Shown here piece after piece: positions 47,475 to 56,539 of a DNA stretch of 56,539 bases; positions within the stretch are counted from its first letter, which is position 1, and every line of letters starts with the position of its first letter. Origin of the DNA: a virus (lineage: Duplodnaviria; Caudoviricetes); the IMG/VR virus record IMGVR_UViG_3300030098_005086, positions 1 to 56,539 of that record; one strand, 5' to 3'. The notes beneath the pieces are model-generated. The model was not told the DNA's origin. It searched no databases and saw only the letters and a program-made list of their open reading frames with translations. A program made the translations under genes and the position numbers.

Positions 47475-48454
47475 TATTGTTCACTTTGTTTATCTGCGGC
47501 TATCTCGTTCATAGCAAATGTAGCTACATCGGCTTCTCGAATTTGAACGCCCGCATATTTTAATATTCTCATTATTAACTCATTCATATTATCCTGAGGA
47601 ACCTCAAAATTTTGATAATCTGCTGCACCCCCATTAAATAAAGGAGTGTTGTTTACCATAGTATATGTCCATCTTGGGTCTAAAGGATATCTAATATATT
47701 GACACGCAAGGGCTCCCTTTTGGTTTATTGTAGAGGGATAAGCCGTCACCTGTTGTGAGCCGCTCCTCTCCCCTAATACATAGGCGGGAAACTGTGTTGT
47801 AGGAGCAGTAAGGTTGGAGCTAGTTAAATTAAATATCTTATTCTGCTCTACTTTTTCCACTTGGGTAATATTATTAGCGTCATATATTCTATAATTCTGT
47901 CCATTAGCCATTATATCCTCACTTAAACTTAAAGTGGTGTCACTGTCTACTGCCGTAACATAGGCTTGCAACATGGGTGCGGCAGGTGCGCCGGCCGGAC
48001 TTGTGTTTACAACAATACTTCCAATAGGCGGAGAAGGACTTATGCTATTGGCTGTAAATCCCCCTGCTGCATTAATTAATTTAAACCCTTGTTGAGCAGT
48101 AGTAGTTCCATTAAATAACTGCGTAGGATAATAAAATATCTTATCAATAAAATAATAATCTATCGGGACACTGTAGATGTTTGCCGTGTCTAAAGAAGCA
48201 ACAGGTTGGTTTAAAAACTGAAAAGCGGAAAAAATAGAAATATCTTCCTCAATGGATTTTCTTATGTCCGCATATCCTGTTCCTGAGACTCTAGCATTTT
48301 CTTTGTTTAACTGATAGTTATAAGAATAGAAAAAGTCTTCAAACACATCTAGCTGTGCTTGTTTGGCAAAAAGGTTAAAATCCCCAGGACTTAAGTATCC
48401 GTAATTATTTTTATTTAATACCGCTAATACGGTATTATATACTTCATTAATCAT
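47474..48454 (-). CDS. Tail ring/tubular protein
   Basis: VLNKNNYGYLSP.DFNLFA.QAQ, YIRYP..P.W, ILKYAG; TATCTTTG box at 48459-48466. Confidence 0.65.
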   Translation of the reverse strand: MINEVYNTVLAVLNKNNYGYLSPGDFNLFAKQAQLDVFEDFFYSYNYQLNKENARVSGTGYADIRKSIEEDISIFSAFQFLNQPVASLDTANIYSVPIDYYFIDKIFYYPTQLFNGTTTAQQGFKLINAAGGFTANSISPSPPIGSIVVNTSPAGAPAAPMLQAYVTAVDSDTTLSLSEDIMANGQNYRIYDANNITQVEKVEQNKIFNLTSSNLTAPTTQFPAYVLGERSGSQQVTAYPSTINQKGALACQYIRYPLDPRWTYTMVNNTPLFNGGAADYQNFEVPQDNMNELIMRILKYAGVQIREADVATFAMNEIAADKQSEQ

Positions 48455-48490
48455 AGAACAAAGATACTAAAAAAAAAATTCCCTTTGATT

Positions 48491-48874
48491 TTAACACGCG
48501 CTTCCCGCAGGGTCTAGCACACATACTGTTACCGCGTTTAAATACATCTGTTCTCCCGTACTGCCCAAAGCCTGAGGGAACTTATAAGGAACCTTAAACG
48601 AGACATCGTTAGATTCTAACAACCTAATGGCGCTATTGGTCAAATAGCTCACTACTCCCTCCCTATGCGGGTCTAAATCAATTGCCGTGCCGTCAATATT
48701 TGCAAATTGTAATTTCACCACAACCCCTCCTGCATAAACCACAGATATATAAAGCCCTCCTATAATGGTTTGGATGTTGTCAATTGCTAACATATATTCA
48801 CCTCCTGTGCCTGTGGTTTGGGTCTTACAACGAGTTCGAACAATAAGATATTTATTTTTAATAGGTGTTGCCAT
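48491..48874 (-). CDS. Small structural-type protein (paralog 3)
   Basis: KYLIV..LAIDNI..VVYAGG pattern. Confidence 0.55.
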   Translation of the reverse strand: MATPIKNKYLIVRTRCKTQTTGTGGEYMLAIDNIQTIIGGLYISVVYAGGVVVKLQFANIDGTAIDLDPHREGVVSYLTNSAIRLLESNDVSFKVPYKFPQALGSTGEQMYLNAVTVCVLDPAGSAC

Positions 48875-48875
48875 A

Positions 48876-49241
48876 TTATGATACAGTTACAGAGGTTATA
48901 GTAATAGGGTTAGAGCTTGGGTCTAAAAATGGAATTTCAGAACTATACTGTCCCGTAGAAGCGTCTCTAGACCCTCCTATGGTAGGCTTAACTTGACCAT
49001 TCATTCCTATGGGACCTACTCGTTCATCATTAGCAATCTTGTCTATAAAATAGTTTAGTAATTTATATTTATCAGTGACATCTACTCGGGAACTAAGACC
49101 AAAGGTTACTTTATTACCCGAGGTATAATAAATATCGACGGTATCTAAAGGACTACGAGAATCGGGAGATATAAGAATTATATCGCTCACCGACACATAC
49201 ATGCCATAGCCATCTACTCCTATAATGATATAATTTCCCAT
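48876..49241 (-). CDS. Small structural-type protein (paralog 2)
   Basis: NYIII..VSVSDI..IYYTSG.KVT; TATCTTTG box at 49247-49254. Confidence 0.55.
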   Translation of the reverse strand: MGNYIIIGVDGYGMYVSVSDIILISPDSRSPLDTVDIYYTSGNKVTFGLSSRVDVTDKYKLLNYFIDKIANDERVGPIGMNGQVKPTIGGSRDASTGQYSSEIPFLDPSSNPITITSVTVS

Positions 49242-49255
49242 AAATACAAAGATAA

Positions 49256-49282
49256 TAAAAAAAGGGGACTAGTGTCCCCTTC
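49256..49282 (-). terminator. Rho-independent terminator abutting the next promoter
   Basis: AAGGGGAC-tagt-GTCCCCTT with a U-run on the minus strand. Confidence 0.75.
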
Positions 49283-49306
49283 TTTACTAAGTAGCGATAA
49301 TACTAA

Positions 49307-49597
49307 TTAAGCATTAACAACATTGGTTGGAGTTAAAGTTAGCGTTAAATCATAAACAGGATTTGTCCATGATGTTTGTAGCGCTTCTTTAATTGCCGCC
49401 TGTATTTCAACTTGAATATTGAAGTCTGTTGTAGCCGCTGTAGTAATAGTGGTAGCCGTGCCGTCATTGTACGCAATAACAGTATCGGTTGCTGTTGCTG
49501 TTGCTGCTCTAACGGTTTTAATACCTTCTATTGCCACTAATTGGTTTCCTTCAAAACTAGTGTCCGCATCACCTTTGATATTTAAAAATTTTTGCAT
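49307..49597 (-). CDS. Small Ala/Thr-rich structural-type protein (paralog 1), possible capsid decoration
   Basis: KFLNI..LVAIEGI..IAYNDG; own promoter box (49640-49647) and terminator. Confidence 0.6.
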   Translation of the reverse strand: MQKFLNIKGDADTSFEGNQLVAIEGIKTVRAATATATDTVIAYNDGTATTITTAATTDFNIQVEIQAAIKEALQTSWTNPVYDLTLTLTPTNVVNA

Positions 49598-49649
49598 AAT
49601 AAAAAAAAATTACAAAATTTTGTGAGACTATTCTCGATACAAAGATACA

Positions 49650-50393
49650 TTAATTTTTTAACGTCTTCTCAAGTAATTTTAATGCCTCTATACCATCATC
49701 ACTTTGTAAATAGCTTGCTACCGTTAAATTAACATCTTCGCCATTAGGAATGCTTAACATTCTTTTCTTATTAGACTTGGTGTTAAAATGAACTTTACTT
49801 CCTTTTTGTGCCAATATCCCTTCATTAAAAAACTTCTGAACTTGTGATTGAAGTTTGATTAATGGGTCGCTAATAATATTTAAAAAGTCCACAGGCTCAT
49901 TTTTGGCAAATAATAAAATGTCTCTTTTTAATTCTGCACTACTCAATTTATTAGTATCCGAACTATATAATACTCTATGTATTTCTTCCATTTGGTCAAT
50001 AGTCATTTTACGAGCTTCGATTAACGCATCTACCTGCGCTGTTAACACCTCTACCTCTTCAGAGGCATTTTTCTCATAATTAACCTCCTCAAATCTTTTT
50101 CCCTTCAAAGGGTGAGCATCTAAAAATTGTTGTAAAACCTGATTGTTTTTACGTACCCTTAAAAATCCATCTTCAAAAATAATAGGTTCGATAATAGCAT
50201 TTCCGTCTTGCTCATCGACATAAATACTTTTTTGGTTACGAGCATAACGAAGTTCACGGTTAGAACCGGTTTCTTCATTGAACTCTAATAATGGAAATCT
50301 ATTGGTGTGTCTTGTTGGAAGCAGATATGATAAAGGCGCTTCATTCCTTGTAAGTTTGTAGACTTTATCTACATATTTTGCTTGCTTTTTCAT
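49650..50393 (-). CDS. Conserved protein downstream of the major capsid gene
   Basis: RELRYARNQKS..DEQ, IIFEDG.L.V, SSAELKRD. Confidence 0.7.
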   Translation of the reverse strand: MKKQAKYVDKVYKLTRNEAPLSYLLPTRHTNRFPLLEFNEETGSNRELRYARNQKSIYVDEQDGNAIIEPIIFEDGFLRVRKNNQVLQQFLDAHPLKGKRFEEVNYEKNASEEVEVLTAQVDALIEARKMTIDQMEEIHRVLYSSDTNKLSSAELKRDILLFAKNEPVDFLNIISDPLIKLQSQVQKFFNEGILAQKGSKVHFNTKSNKKRMLSIPNGEDVNLTVASYLQSDDGIEALKLLEKTLKN

Positions 50394-50423
50394 TTCAATT
50401 TAATTTAATATAATTTATAAATA

Positions 50424-50457
50424 AAAAGATAAAGGGGGCACAAGGCCCCCCTATCTT
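50424..50457 (-). terminator. Terminator after the major capsid gene
   Basis: AAAGATAAAGGGGGC-acaag-GCCCCCTATCTTT hairpin. Confidence 0.7.
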
Positions 50458-50466
50458 TCAAAAATA

Positions 50467-51936
50467 CTATTCTTGGAATAAGAAGAAGTTATTTGCACCT
50501 AAAGTACAAACAGCTCTTTCTGATAAGAAGTTTACCTCCATAGCATCTAAGCTAGAAGTTTTTGCTCCTCCCGCAGAACCTGTAATCCATGTTTTGTATC
50601 GTCTGTTTTCAGTTTCTGAAGCACGATATCTAACATGTAAGAAAGGTCTCTTAGCATTTTTACCAAGAATTTGGTCATAAACAGTTGTAGAACCCGCAGG
50701 TACTAATAAACCATTTACTCTACCTGAGCCTGCGCCCGTAGGTAGACCTCCTCGCATTGTTGGGTCATTTAAGTATTTCCAATCAGACTTGTAGAAGTCA
50801 TATCCTCTTCGGAATCCTGTGAAACCTAGATTCAATGCCATCTCTTCATCATTGTCAAACAATCCATAAGAAGTACCTCCGCCTCCATAAGAGTTTTGTG
50901 CTGCTAACATATCATCGATATCAAAACCGAATTGTCTGTTACAGAACACAACATTCTCTTCAATAGAACCTTGGTTGTCTAATCTTCCAATCATTGCATC
51001 CCAATCAGCTAATGCTGTAGGGTTTCCTCCACCCCAAACATTACCTCGGTTTCCAACAACATAGAAAATACCTTCTGAACCATTTGCTAATGCCGCATTC
51101 GCCACATTATCCATTGGAACTGCCTCAATCATCGATGTCTCAAGATAATCGTCGAAACGTAATCTTGTTTCATGCTCTGATTTTAGATACCATAAGAATC
51201 CTGCTGCTCCATTTTCTGAAGTTACTTCAATCCATCCCATCTGAGCCATATCTGAACCATTAACCGTATAGTTATCTTTTAAGATAATTGGGTTATTAGC
51301 AAAGATGTAGTCATCAGATTCTAATGAACCTGTCATTCCTAATTGACCTTTCGCGAACTCAGAACCATAGATAAAGATAGTTGCATCTGAAGCACCTACC
51401 GCTGTTCCTGCTACTGCTTGTCCACCTACTTCATAGTATGCAACCGTGAAAGTAGTTGGAGCCCCTGCTGTTGGAGCAACAGTAACGATACCCTTGTTAG
51501 AGCCACCACCATTATTCCACACTACCATAACAGTTTGTCCTTCTCTAATTGCTACTCTAGCAGTTGCTGCGAACGGTGCAGTTGCTGTAGTAGAATTAGG
51601 AGCGACAATAGCTGCCGGTTGTGCCGGGTCATTAACTTGGAAAATAGCGGTATTAGCTGCTGCTGCAGCCGCTGTACCACACATTGTATATTTAACGTGC
51701 AATCTACCTTGTTCTGCCCATTTAATTTGGTCGGACATCGAAGGCATTTCTGCACCTACTAATCTCAAAAATGATGAGATAGTACGATTACCATATCTTT
51801 CAAATTCCTTTTCATACGTATCAGGTAGATACTGATTCAAGAAATCAAAGTCGGTAATATAATTTGTACTCGTCGGGACCTGCTGCGCACTAGGCTGCAA
51901 ATCATATCCCGGAGTTGCTAAAACTGAACCTGCCAT
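50467..51936 (-). CDS. Major capsid protein
   Basis: QYLPDTYEKEFERYGNR, WAEQGRLH, YGSEF.KG, LGFTGFRRGYDFYK, FLHVRYR, LSER; follows portal and scaffold. Confidence 0.88.
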   Translation of the reverse strand: MAGSVLATPGYDLQPSAQQVPTSTNYITDFDFLNQYLPDTYEKEFERYGNRTISSFLRLVGAEMPSMSDQIKWAEQGRLHVKYTMCGTAAAAAANTAIFQVNDPAQPAAIVAPNSTTATAPFAATARVAIREGQTVMVVWNNGGGSNKGIVTVAPTAGAPTTFTVAYYEVGGQAVAGTAVGASDATIFIYGSEFAKGQLGMTGSLESDDYIFANNPIILKDNYTVNGSDMAQMGWIEVTSENGAAGFLWYLKSEHETRLRFDDYLETSMIEAVPMDNVANAALANGSEGIFYVVGNRGNVWGGGNPTALADWDAMIGRLDNQGSIEENVVFCNRQFGFDIDDMLAAQNSYGGGGTSYGLFDNDEEMALNLGFTGFRRGYDFYKSDWKYLNDPTMRGGLPTGAGSGRVNGLLVPAGSTTVYDQILGKNAKRPFLHVRYRASETENRRYKTWITGSAGGAKTSSLDAMEVNFLSERAVCTLGANNFFLFQE

Positions 51937-51958
51937 AATTTACTTTTTTTTAAAATTG

Positions 51959-53080
51959 TTACTTTTTTCTTAAACTTTTAATTTTTAATCCTCTCCCTGA
52001 ATCTGTATTCATAGAGCGAATCTTCATACCTCCCTTAGTTGCAACCTCAGGCGTATTGCGCGTAGTCATATTTATATTCTTAGTCTTACGCATTACATCT
52101 TCAGTGGCAAAAGATTTACCTTGTTCATAAAAGAACTTAGCGAATCTTTCGGGATTCATCGCAACAGCTAAAGCCTTGTGGTATCCGTTAGCATCTTTAA
52201 TCATTCCATCTTCTCCTACATACTTATTAATAAAGTTTAAAGGAGTTGATTGAATTTTTTTAATTTCTGCAACATCACCTGGAGAATAAGTTAGTTTTTT
52301 GTCATCTAATGTAAATTCAAAACCTTTGAACCCACTCCCAAAGACCTCATCAGTTTTTTTAGCAAACCAATTTCTTCTTTTCTCGCTTTCTTCTTCTAAT
52401 TTTTTAGCATCTTGCATTTGTTGCTCATACGCTCGGATTTTTTCTAATTCAACTTCGGGAATTGAAGCCGTACTTGACTCAAGGGGCTCTTTATAATATT
52501 CCTTTTGTTTCTTAAAATGCTTCTTTGCCTGAGCAATTTTCTTTTTCTTTGCTAATTTAATCTTCTTAATTTCCCCTTCTTCATCTAAATCATCATATTT
52601 ATACTCGGTCATTAAGTCTTCAATATCATTTCTATCTAAACCTTCTTCGGTTTCAGTAAGATATTCTCTTAGCAAATTGTCATCATCAATCGAGGAAAAG
52701 TCTCTGTTAAGCTTAACATAGTCTTCAAATCCTCGACCTGTTTCTTGTCGGTATTTTAAATACGCAGAGACATCTTCGGGAAGCGGTTTTTGGTCTTCTC
52801 TTTCCGCAAACAATTCATCAACCGACTTTATCTCTTTGTTATACCTTTTGTTAATATGTGAAAGAACGTCATCTTCACTTAATTCAACTTCTTTTTTTAC
52901 TTTTTCCGTAACAGGAGTTTCGTCTATTTCTTTTGAAGCTACTGCTGCGGTTTCTGTTGACTCACTAGAAGGATTTGGAGTTTCTTGATTTTGTTGTTCA
53001 TGTTTATCAAGAAGCTCTTGCTCTCTTTCTTGTGGTGATTTTTCGGGTGTTTCCCCTACTGCTTTTACTTTTATTTCCAT
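51959..53080 (-). CDS. Putative scaffolding/head assembly protein
   Basis: Acidic disordered N-terminus, coiled-coil, FYEQGK; lies between portal and capsid; TAACTTTG box at 53098-53105. Confidence 0.7.
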   Translation of the reverse strand: MEIKVKAVGETPEKSPQEREQELLDKHEQQNQETPNPSSESTETAAVASKEIDETPVTEKVKKEVELSEDDVLSHINKRYNKEIKSVDELFAEREDQKPLPEDVSAYLKYRQETGRGFEDYVKLNRDFSSIDDDNLLREYLTETEEGLDRNDIEDLMTEYKYDDLDEEGEIKKIKLAKKKKIAQAKKHFKKQKEYYKEPLESSTASIPEVELEKIRAYEQQMQDAKKLEEESEKRRNWFAKKTDEVFGSGFKGFEFTLDDKKLTYSPGDVAEIKKIQSTPLNFINKYVGEDGMIKDANGYHKALAVAMNPERFAKFFYEQGKSFATEDVMRKTKNINMTTRNTPEVATKGGMKIRSMNTDSGRGLKIKSLRKK

Positions 53081-53132
53081 TAGATTATATTTTTATACAA
53101 AGTTAATAATTTTTTTAATACAAATTTAGACG

Positions 53133-55565
53133 TTATCTAGGCGAAAATTCCGCTAAATCAAACCCATCTAAACTATCTTCGTTAGATTCAAAATTTTGTG
53201 GGGGTAAGCCTTTTTGTCTCTGTTGTATGAGCTTACTTTGCTCGGTGTTCTGTTGACTAATACGGTCAGACTTGGCCTGCTCTCTTTGCGTTTCTCGGCT
53301 TTGAAGAGCGGCCTCTGAAATATCTCTAAGTTTCATATTATACATAAACTCCTCTTGCATTAACTTAGATTTAAGTTGAGCCTCGTTTTTCATCTTTTCA
53401 ATTTCAAAAGCAATTTCAGCTTGCTTGACTTGCATTTTAGCTTGAGTCTCTGCTTGGGCCTGTTGCATGGCCGCCTCTGCTGCCATTTGTTGTGATTGCT
53501 GTTGAGCTTGAGCTTGAGCTTGTTGCTGTTGCATGGCAAAATCTTGGTCTTGTTTTTGCTTCTGCTTTCTCTTCATTTTTAAAAGCTGATTAGCGAGCTT
53601 AAGATTTCTTAACTCTCTAATGTCAATAGCATCTTCTAAATTAATGTCTTCTTTGCTTAAGGCCATTTGAATATTTTGCTCTAACATAGCTTTTTCTTCT
53701 TCATCAGGAGCTACCTCAATAAAAATTCCAAAGTCATAAATATATAAATCCTTACTGTCTTCTAGAATGTTAACATTATATTTTCCAATTTGATTTATAA
53801 AATTGTCTTTAAAATCGGAAAACTCTAAAATATCAGAAATACGATATGATAAGGCCTCAGCTAAACTTCTATATATAAACAAACTTGCATCTAAAATATG
53901 ACGGGTGGCTGTGTTAGAATTTAATGCAGCCAACTTTTGAACTCCAACTAAAGAGTCAGGGTCAGGGGTAGAGCCGTCTCTAGCTTCATTTAATCCTGTC
54001 ACCCCTCTAATCATATCTAAATAATGATTGTAATTATGAATAAGCATTTGAGTTTTGCTAGCCCCACTTGTTCCGCTTAATTGAGTAATAGGAACTTTTC
54101 CTTGGTTGTAATCACCGTCCTGTGTATAACTTCTACCAATCACACTACCGGTTTGAAAATACAACCGCAAAGCATCTGAAGGATTATAAGCATTGCCTGT
54201 TCCCAAATCTACTTCATTGAGACCATCGGCATCTATAAATACTCCATCAGGCACAGTTCTTGAAATTACTTGTTGTAGTTTTAAATGCGTGATTTGGATT
54301 AAATCCGCAAACGGAATCATTCTTCTAACTAATGATTCTATATTTCCTTTATACATGCGAGGAGCAACAGCCACATAGTTGGGTATTGCATGTTGATTGG
54401 CTGACTTAGGTCTAACCATATTTTCTGCCAACTCCCACTTTAATATAATATTTGTGCCCATTACCATTATTCCTTCATACCACACGTCAATGGTTTTTTC
54501 TATTTTCTCAAACAAACCTTCCTCCATCATTTCCTCCGGTGGATTAAATTGGTCGTCCTTTTCAATAATCTTAGTGTTTCCATTCTCCATTATCTTCTTT
54601 TTATAAACAAACTTTTTAGTTGTTTTATAATTAAAGTATAATAAAGTACAGGTGTCTCTATAGAAAATAGAATCTTGATACATTTGGGCTGTGTTAAAGT
54701 AATCGTACCAACTTTGACTATATTTAGAAATTTCTTCTAAGTCTTCTTTTGTTAAAGTTTGATTTATTTTGTACAACTCCGTTAAAGGAATAGTTTTTAT
54801 TTCCCCCCAATAAAAACAATCTTTAAAATGAGGGTCTTCTGTGTAACTATATACCACATTTGCAGGGTCAACATATTCTACCTTAACCCCGGCTCCTGGC
54901 AAAAACTCATGTTTAGCAATCGCAACTCCCAAAACCATAAGGTCATAGTCAAATCTTTTTCGCAAGTCTATATATTTATTATCAGCGAATAATGTGTCTA
55001 TAGCTTCTTCTTGAGCAATCTCAATAGCGGGCTTATAATTTAATTGCATATATAACCCCAACTCTTCATCGCTTTCAGGTAATTCTTCAGGGTCCATAGA
55101 AAAGGGATTAAATCCGTTTTCATTAATAATATCCAACATGGGGCGCGCAGTCATTTGCCCTTCTATCATTTCTTGATATCGGCTTCTTTTAGATTGAGAC
55201 AAGGCATCTTGCGCATAGGCGCTCACCTTAAATAATCGGTCAGACATACCATTTACTACGATATCTACAAACTTGGGCAAGATGGGCACAGGAGTCCAAT
55301 CTAAATTTAGATAAGACAAGTCGCCGTCTATCGCAAGTTCATTTTTATATTTTTGAATTGATTGTTCTCCTCGAGCATATAGTCGTAGTCGATTATACTC
55401 TCCCCATTGATTATAAAATCTACACCTATTGCTATCTTTACGAAACCATTCATATTGTATAGCTTGACCTATTTGGAGGCCATAATCAGGAGTAGCTTTT
55501 TCAGCATCGGAAACAAATTGACTAGGAAAGCCTTGAGGATTTATGTTTATTTTTACGTCTTTCAT
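53133..55565 (-). CDS. Portal protein
   Basis: 810 aa; RLYARGEQ, DWTPVPILPKFVD, TGLNEARDG, Gln-rich C-terminal coil; follows the terminase. Confidence 0.9.
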   Translation of the reverse strand: MKDVKININPQGFPSQFVSDAEKATPDYGLQIGQAIQYEWFRKDSNRCRFYNQWGEYNRLRLYARGEQSIQKYKNELAIDGDLSYLNLDWTPVPILPKFVDIVVNGMSDRLFKVSAYAQDALSQSKRSRYQEMIEGQMTARPMLDIINENGFNPFSMDPEELPESDEELGLYMQLNYKPAIEIAQEEAIDTLFADNKYIDLRKRFDYDLMVLGVAIAKHEFLPGAGVKVEYVDPANVVYSYTEDPHFKDCFYWGEIKTIPLTELYKINQTLTKEDLEEISKYSQSWYDYFNTAQMYQDSIFYRDTCTLLYFNYKTTKKFVYKKKIMENGNTKIIEKDDQFNPPEEMMEEGLFEKIEKTIDVWYEGIMVMGTNIILKWELAENMVRPKSANQHAIPNYVAVAPRMYKGNIESLVRRMIPFADLIQITHLKLQQVISRTVPDGVFIDADGLNEVDLGTGNAYNPSDALRLYFQTGSVIGRSYTQDGDYNQGKVPITQLSGTSGASKTQMLIHNYNHYLDMIRGVTGLNEARDGSTPDPDSLVGVQKLAALNSNTATRHILDASLFIYRSLAEALSYRISDILEFSDFKDNFINQIGKYNVNILEDSKDLYIYDFGIFIEVAPDEEEKAMLEQNIQMALSKEDINLEDAIDIRELRNLKLANQLLKMKRKQKQKQDQDFAMQQQQAQAQAQQQSQQMAAEAAMQQAQAETQAKMQVKQAEIAFEIEKMKNEAQLKSKLMQEEFMYNMKLRDISEAALQSRETQREQAKSDRISQQNTEQSKLIQQRQKGLPPQNFESNEDSLDGFDLAEFSPR

Positions 55566-56539
55566 TTATATAATTCGCTTATTCTTCCCTTATTATTGTA
55601 TCTTGCAAAGTTAACACTTATTTTTGATTGTTTTTTTAGAGGTGTGTACAAATGACGCTGATTAGCCATTATTGCCAATCCCGAACTAATAGTTGCATCA
55701 AATTTGGTTCTATTATTAACATCAAACTTAGCCCAATCTTCTAAGGTTCGAGTAAAAATCATCGACCCCATTATGTCGGATGCTCGATACGTTTCAGTTA
55801 AATCTAACCCAACATGTTTTTCTATATAAGATTCTATAGCGGCAGCATGAGCTTGTTTAATGTCTTCGGAAGAATTAGGAATCCCTCCAATCTCTTTTTC
55901 ACTACGAGATAATTTTGTGTAATGCTTATCAGGTCTGTTCATAGAAAAACCACGGTATCCTCTATTTTTTAAATGATACAATAACCTCGGTTTATTGTTC
56001 TCCACTAAAATAGGCATCCCATAAAACACACAAGCCATGAGAACTTCTTCAAAAAATATCTCTGCCGTTTGAGGACGTGCCACATATTCTAAAAAAAACT
56101 CATTTGAGGGAGCATCTTCCATATTAAACTTAGTCACTCCATGTAATGCACCATTAGAACCGCCACCACCAACCGTGCCCGAGATATCATAGGAGTCACA
56201 CCCAAATGACCCTAAATGCTCATTGCCCGGATATTTAACTCCTCTTTTTTCTATAACACGATTATGTAATCCCTTTTGAGGAGTCCATGACACAAGAAAT
56301 CTTCCCCTAGGATTAGGAGTCCATATTACTTCCGTGTCTTTAATTCCATTTTTCCAACTAAAAGAGCCTCGCGTTAAGTGGTGTTCTGTGATTAAAGAAT
56401 CATTATAATCAATTTGTTGATATATCTTTGTAAGATTAAACAATGAAGACCTGCTTTCATCTCTAAAAGCATGAGACTCGCTTCTAGGAAATTGGCGATA
56501 AAACTCATTTAACGCGTCTGCATCGTTTTTTAAAGAATA
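55562..56539 (-). CDS. terL: Terminase large subunit (C-terminal nuclease part; begins outside the window)
   Basis: Frame is open to the window edge (…NEFYRQFP…AFRDE); GCDSYD, LVENN, RTKFDATISSGL. Confidence 0.9.
   Translation of the reverse strand, partial: YSLKNDADALNEFYRQFPRSESHAFRDESRSSLFNLTKIYQQIDYNDSLITEHHLTRGSFSWKNGIKDTEVIWTPNPRGRFLVSWTPQKGLHNRVIEKRGVKYPGNEHLGSFGCDSYDISGTVGGGGSNGALHGVTKFNMEDAPSNEFFLEYVARPQTAEIFFEEVLMACVFYGMPILVENNKPRLLYHLKNRGYRGFSMNRPDKHYTKLSRSEKEIGGIPNSSEDIKQAHAAAIESYIEKHVGLDLTETYRASDIMGSMIFTRTLEDWAKFDVNNRTKFDATISSGLAIMANQRHLYTPLKKQSKISVNFARYNNKGRISELYK

Noticed and set aside
26939-56539. Stop-codon reassignment as in some crAss-like phages
   Set aside because: Genes are full length in the standard code, TAG and TGA end genes at tight junctions, and no suppressor tRNA was seen.
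1-56539. Prophage, diversity-generating retroelement, tRNA or rRNA
   Set aside because: No integrase, reverse transcriptase, template/variable repeat pair, cloverleaf or host flanking genes recognised by eye; tRNAscan-SE would be needed to exclude tRNAs formally.

Overview
The window is most of a lytic, podovirus-like dsDNA phage genome with a crAss-like virion module. The host is very probably a Bacteroidota (Flavobacteriia-type) bacterium, judged from many TAnnTTTG promoters and a T9SS-type sorting signal. Layout: (1) 1-10412, mostly minus strand: an M15 endolysin operon that also encodes a beta-barrel outer-membrane protein, a secreted LDL-receptor-A/T9SS-CTD protein and a signal-peptide thioredoxin-fold protein; about ten very Lys/Arg-rich small proteins; GroEL and GroES. 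(2) 10928-26805, plus strand early/replication arm: amidoligase, GATase-GGCT fusion, HNH, DUF1599, Sak3-like annealase, RecE-like exonuclease, SSB, primase-helicase, SF2 helicase, VRR-NUC and metallophosphoesterase. No DNA polymerase or integrase was recognised. (3) 26802-56539, minus strand virion arm: terminase (partial), portal, scaffold, major capsid, ring/stabilisation proteins and ejection proteins. The most notable observations are the envelope cassette coupled to the endolysin, an ungapped duplicated iteron/origin-like element (8091-8251 and 20452-20612), the basic-protein array, an apparently split tail-stabilisation gene and a small beta domain inserted in several unrelated proteins. 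All family calls come from motif recognition by eye; no database searches were run.
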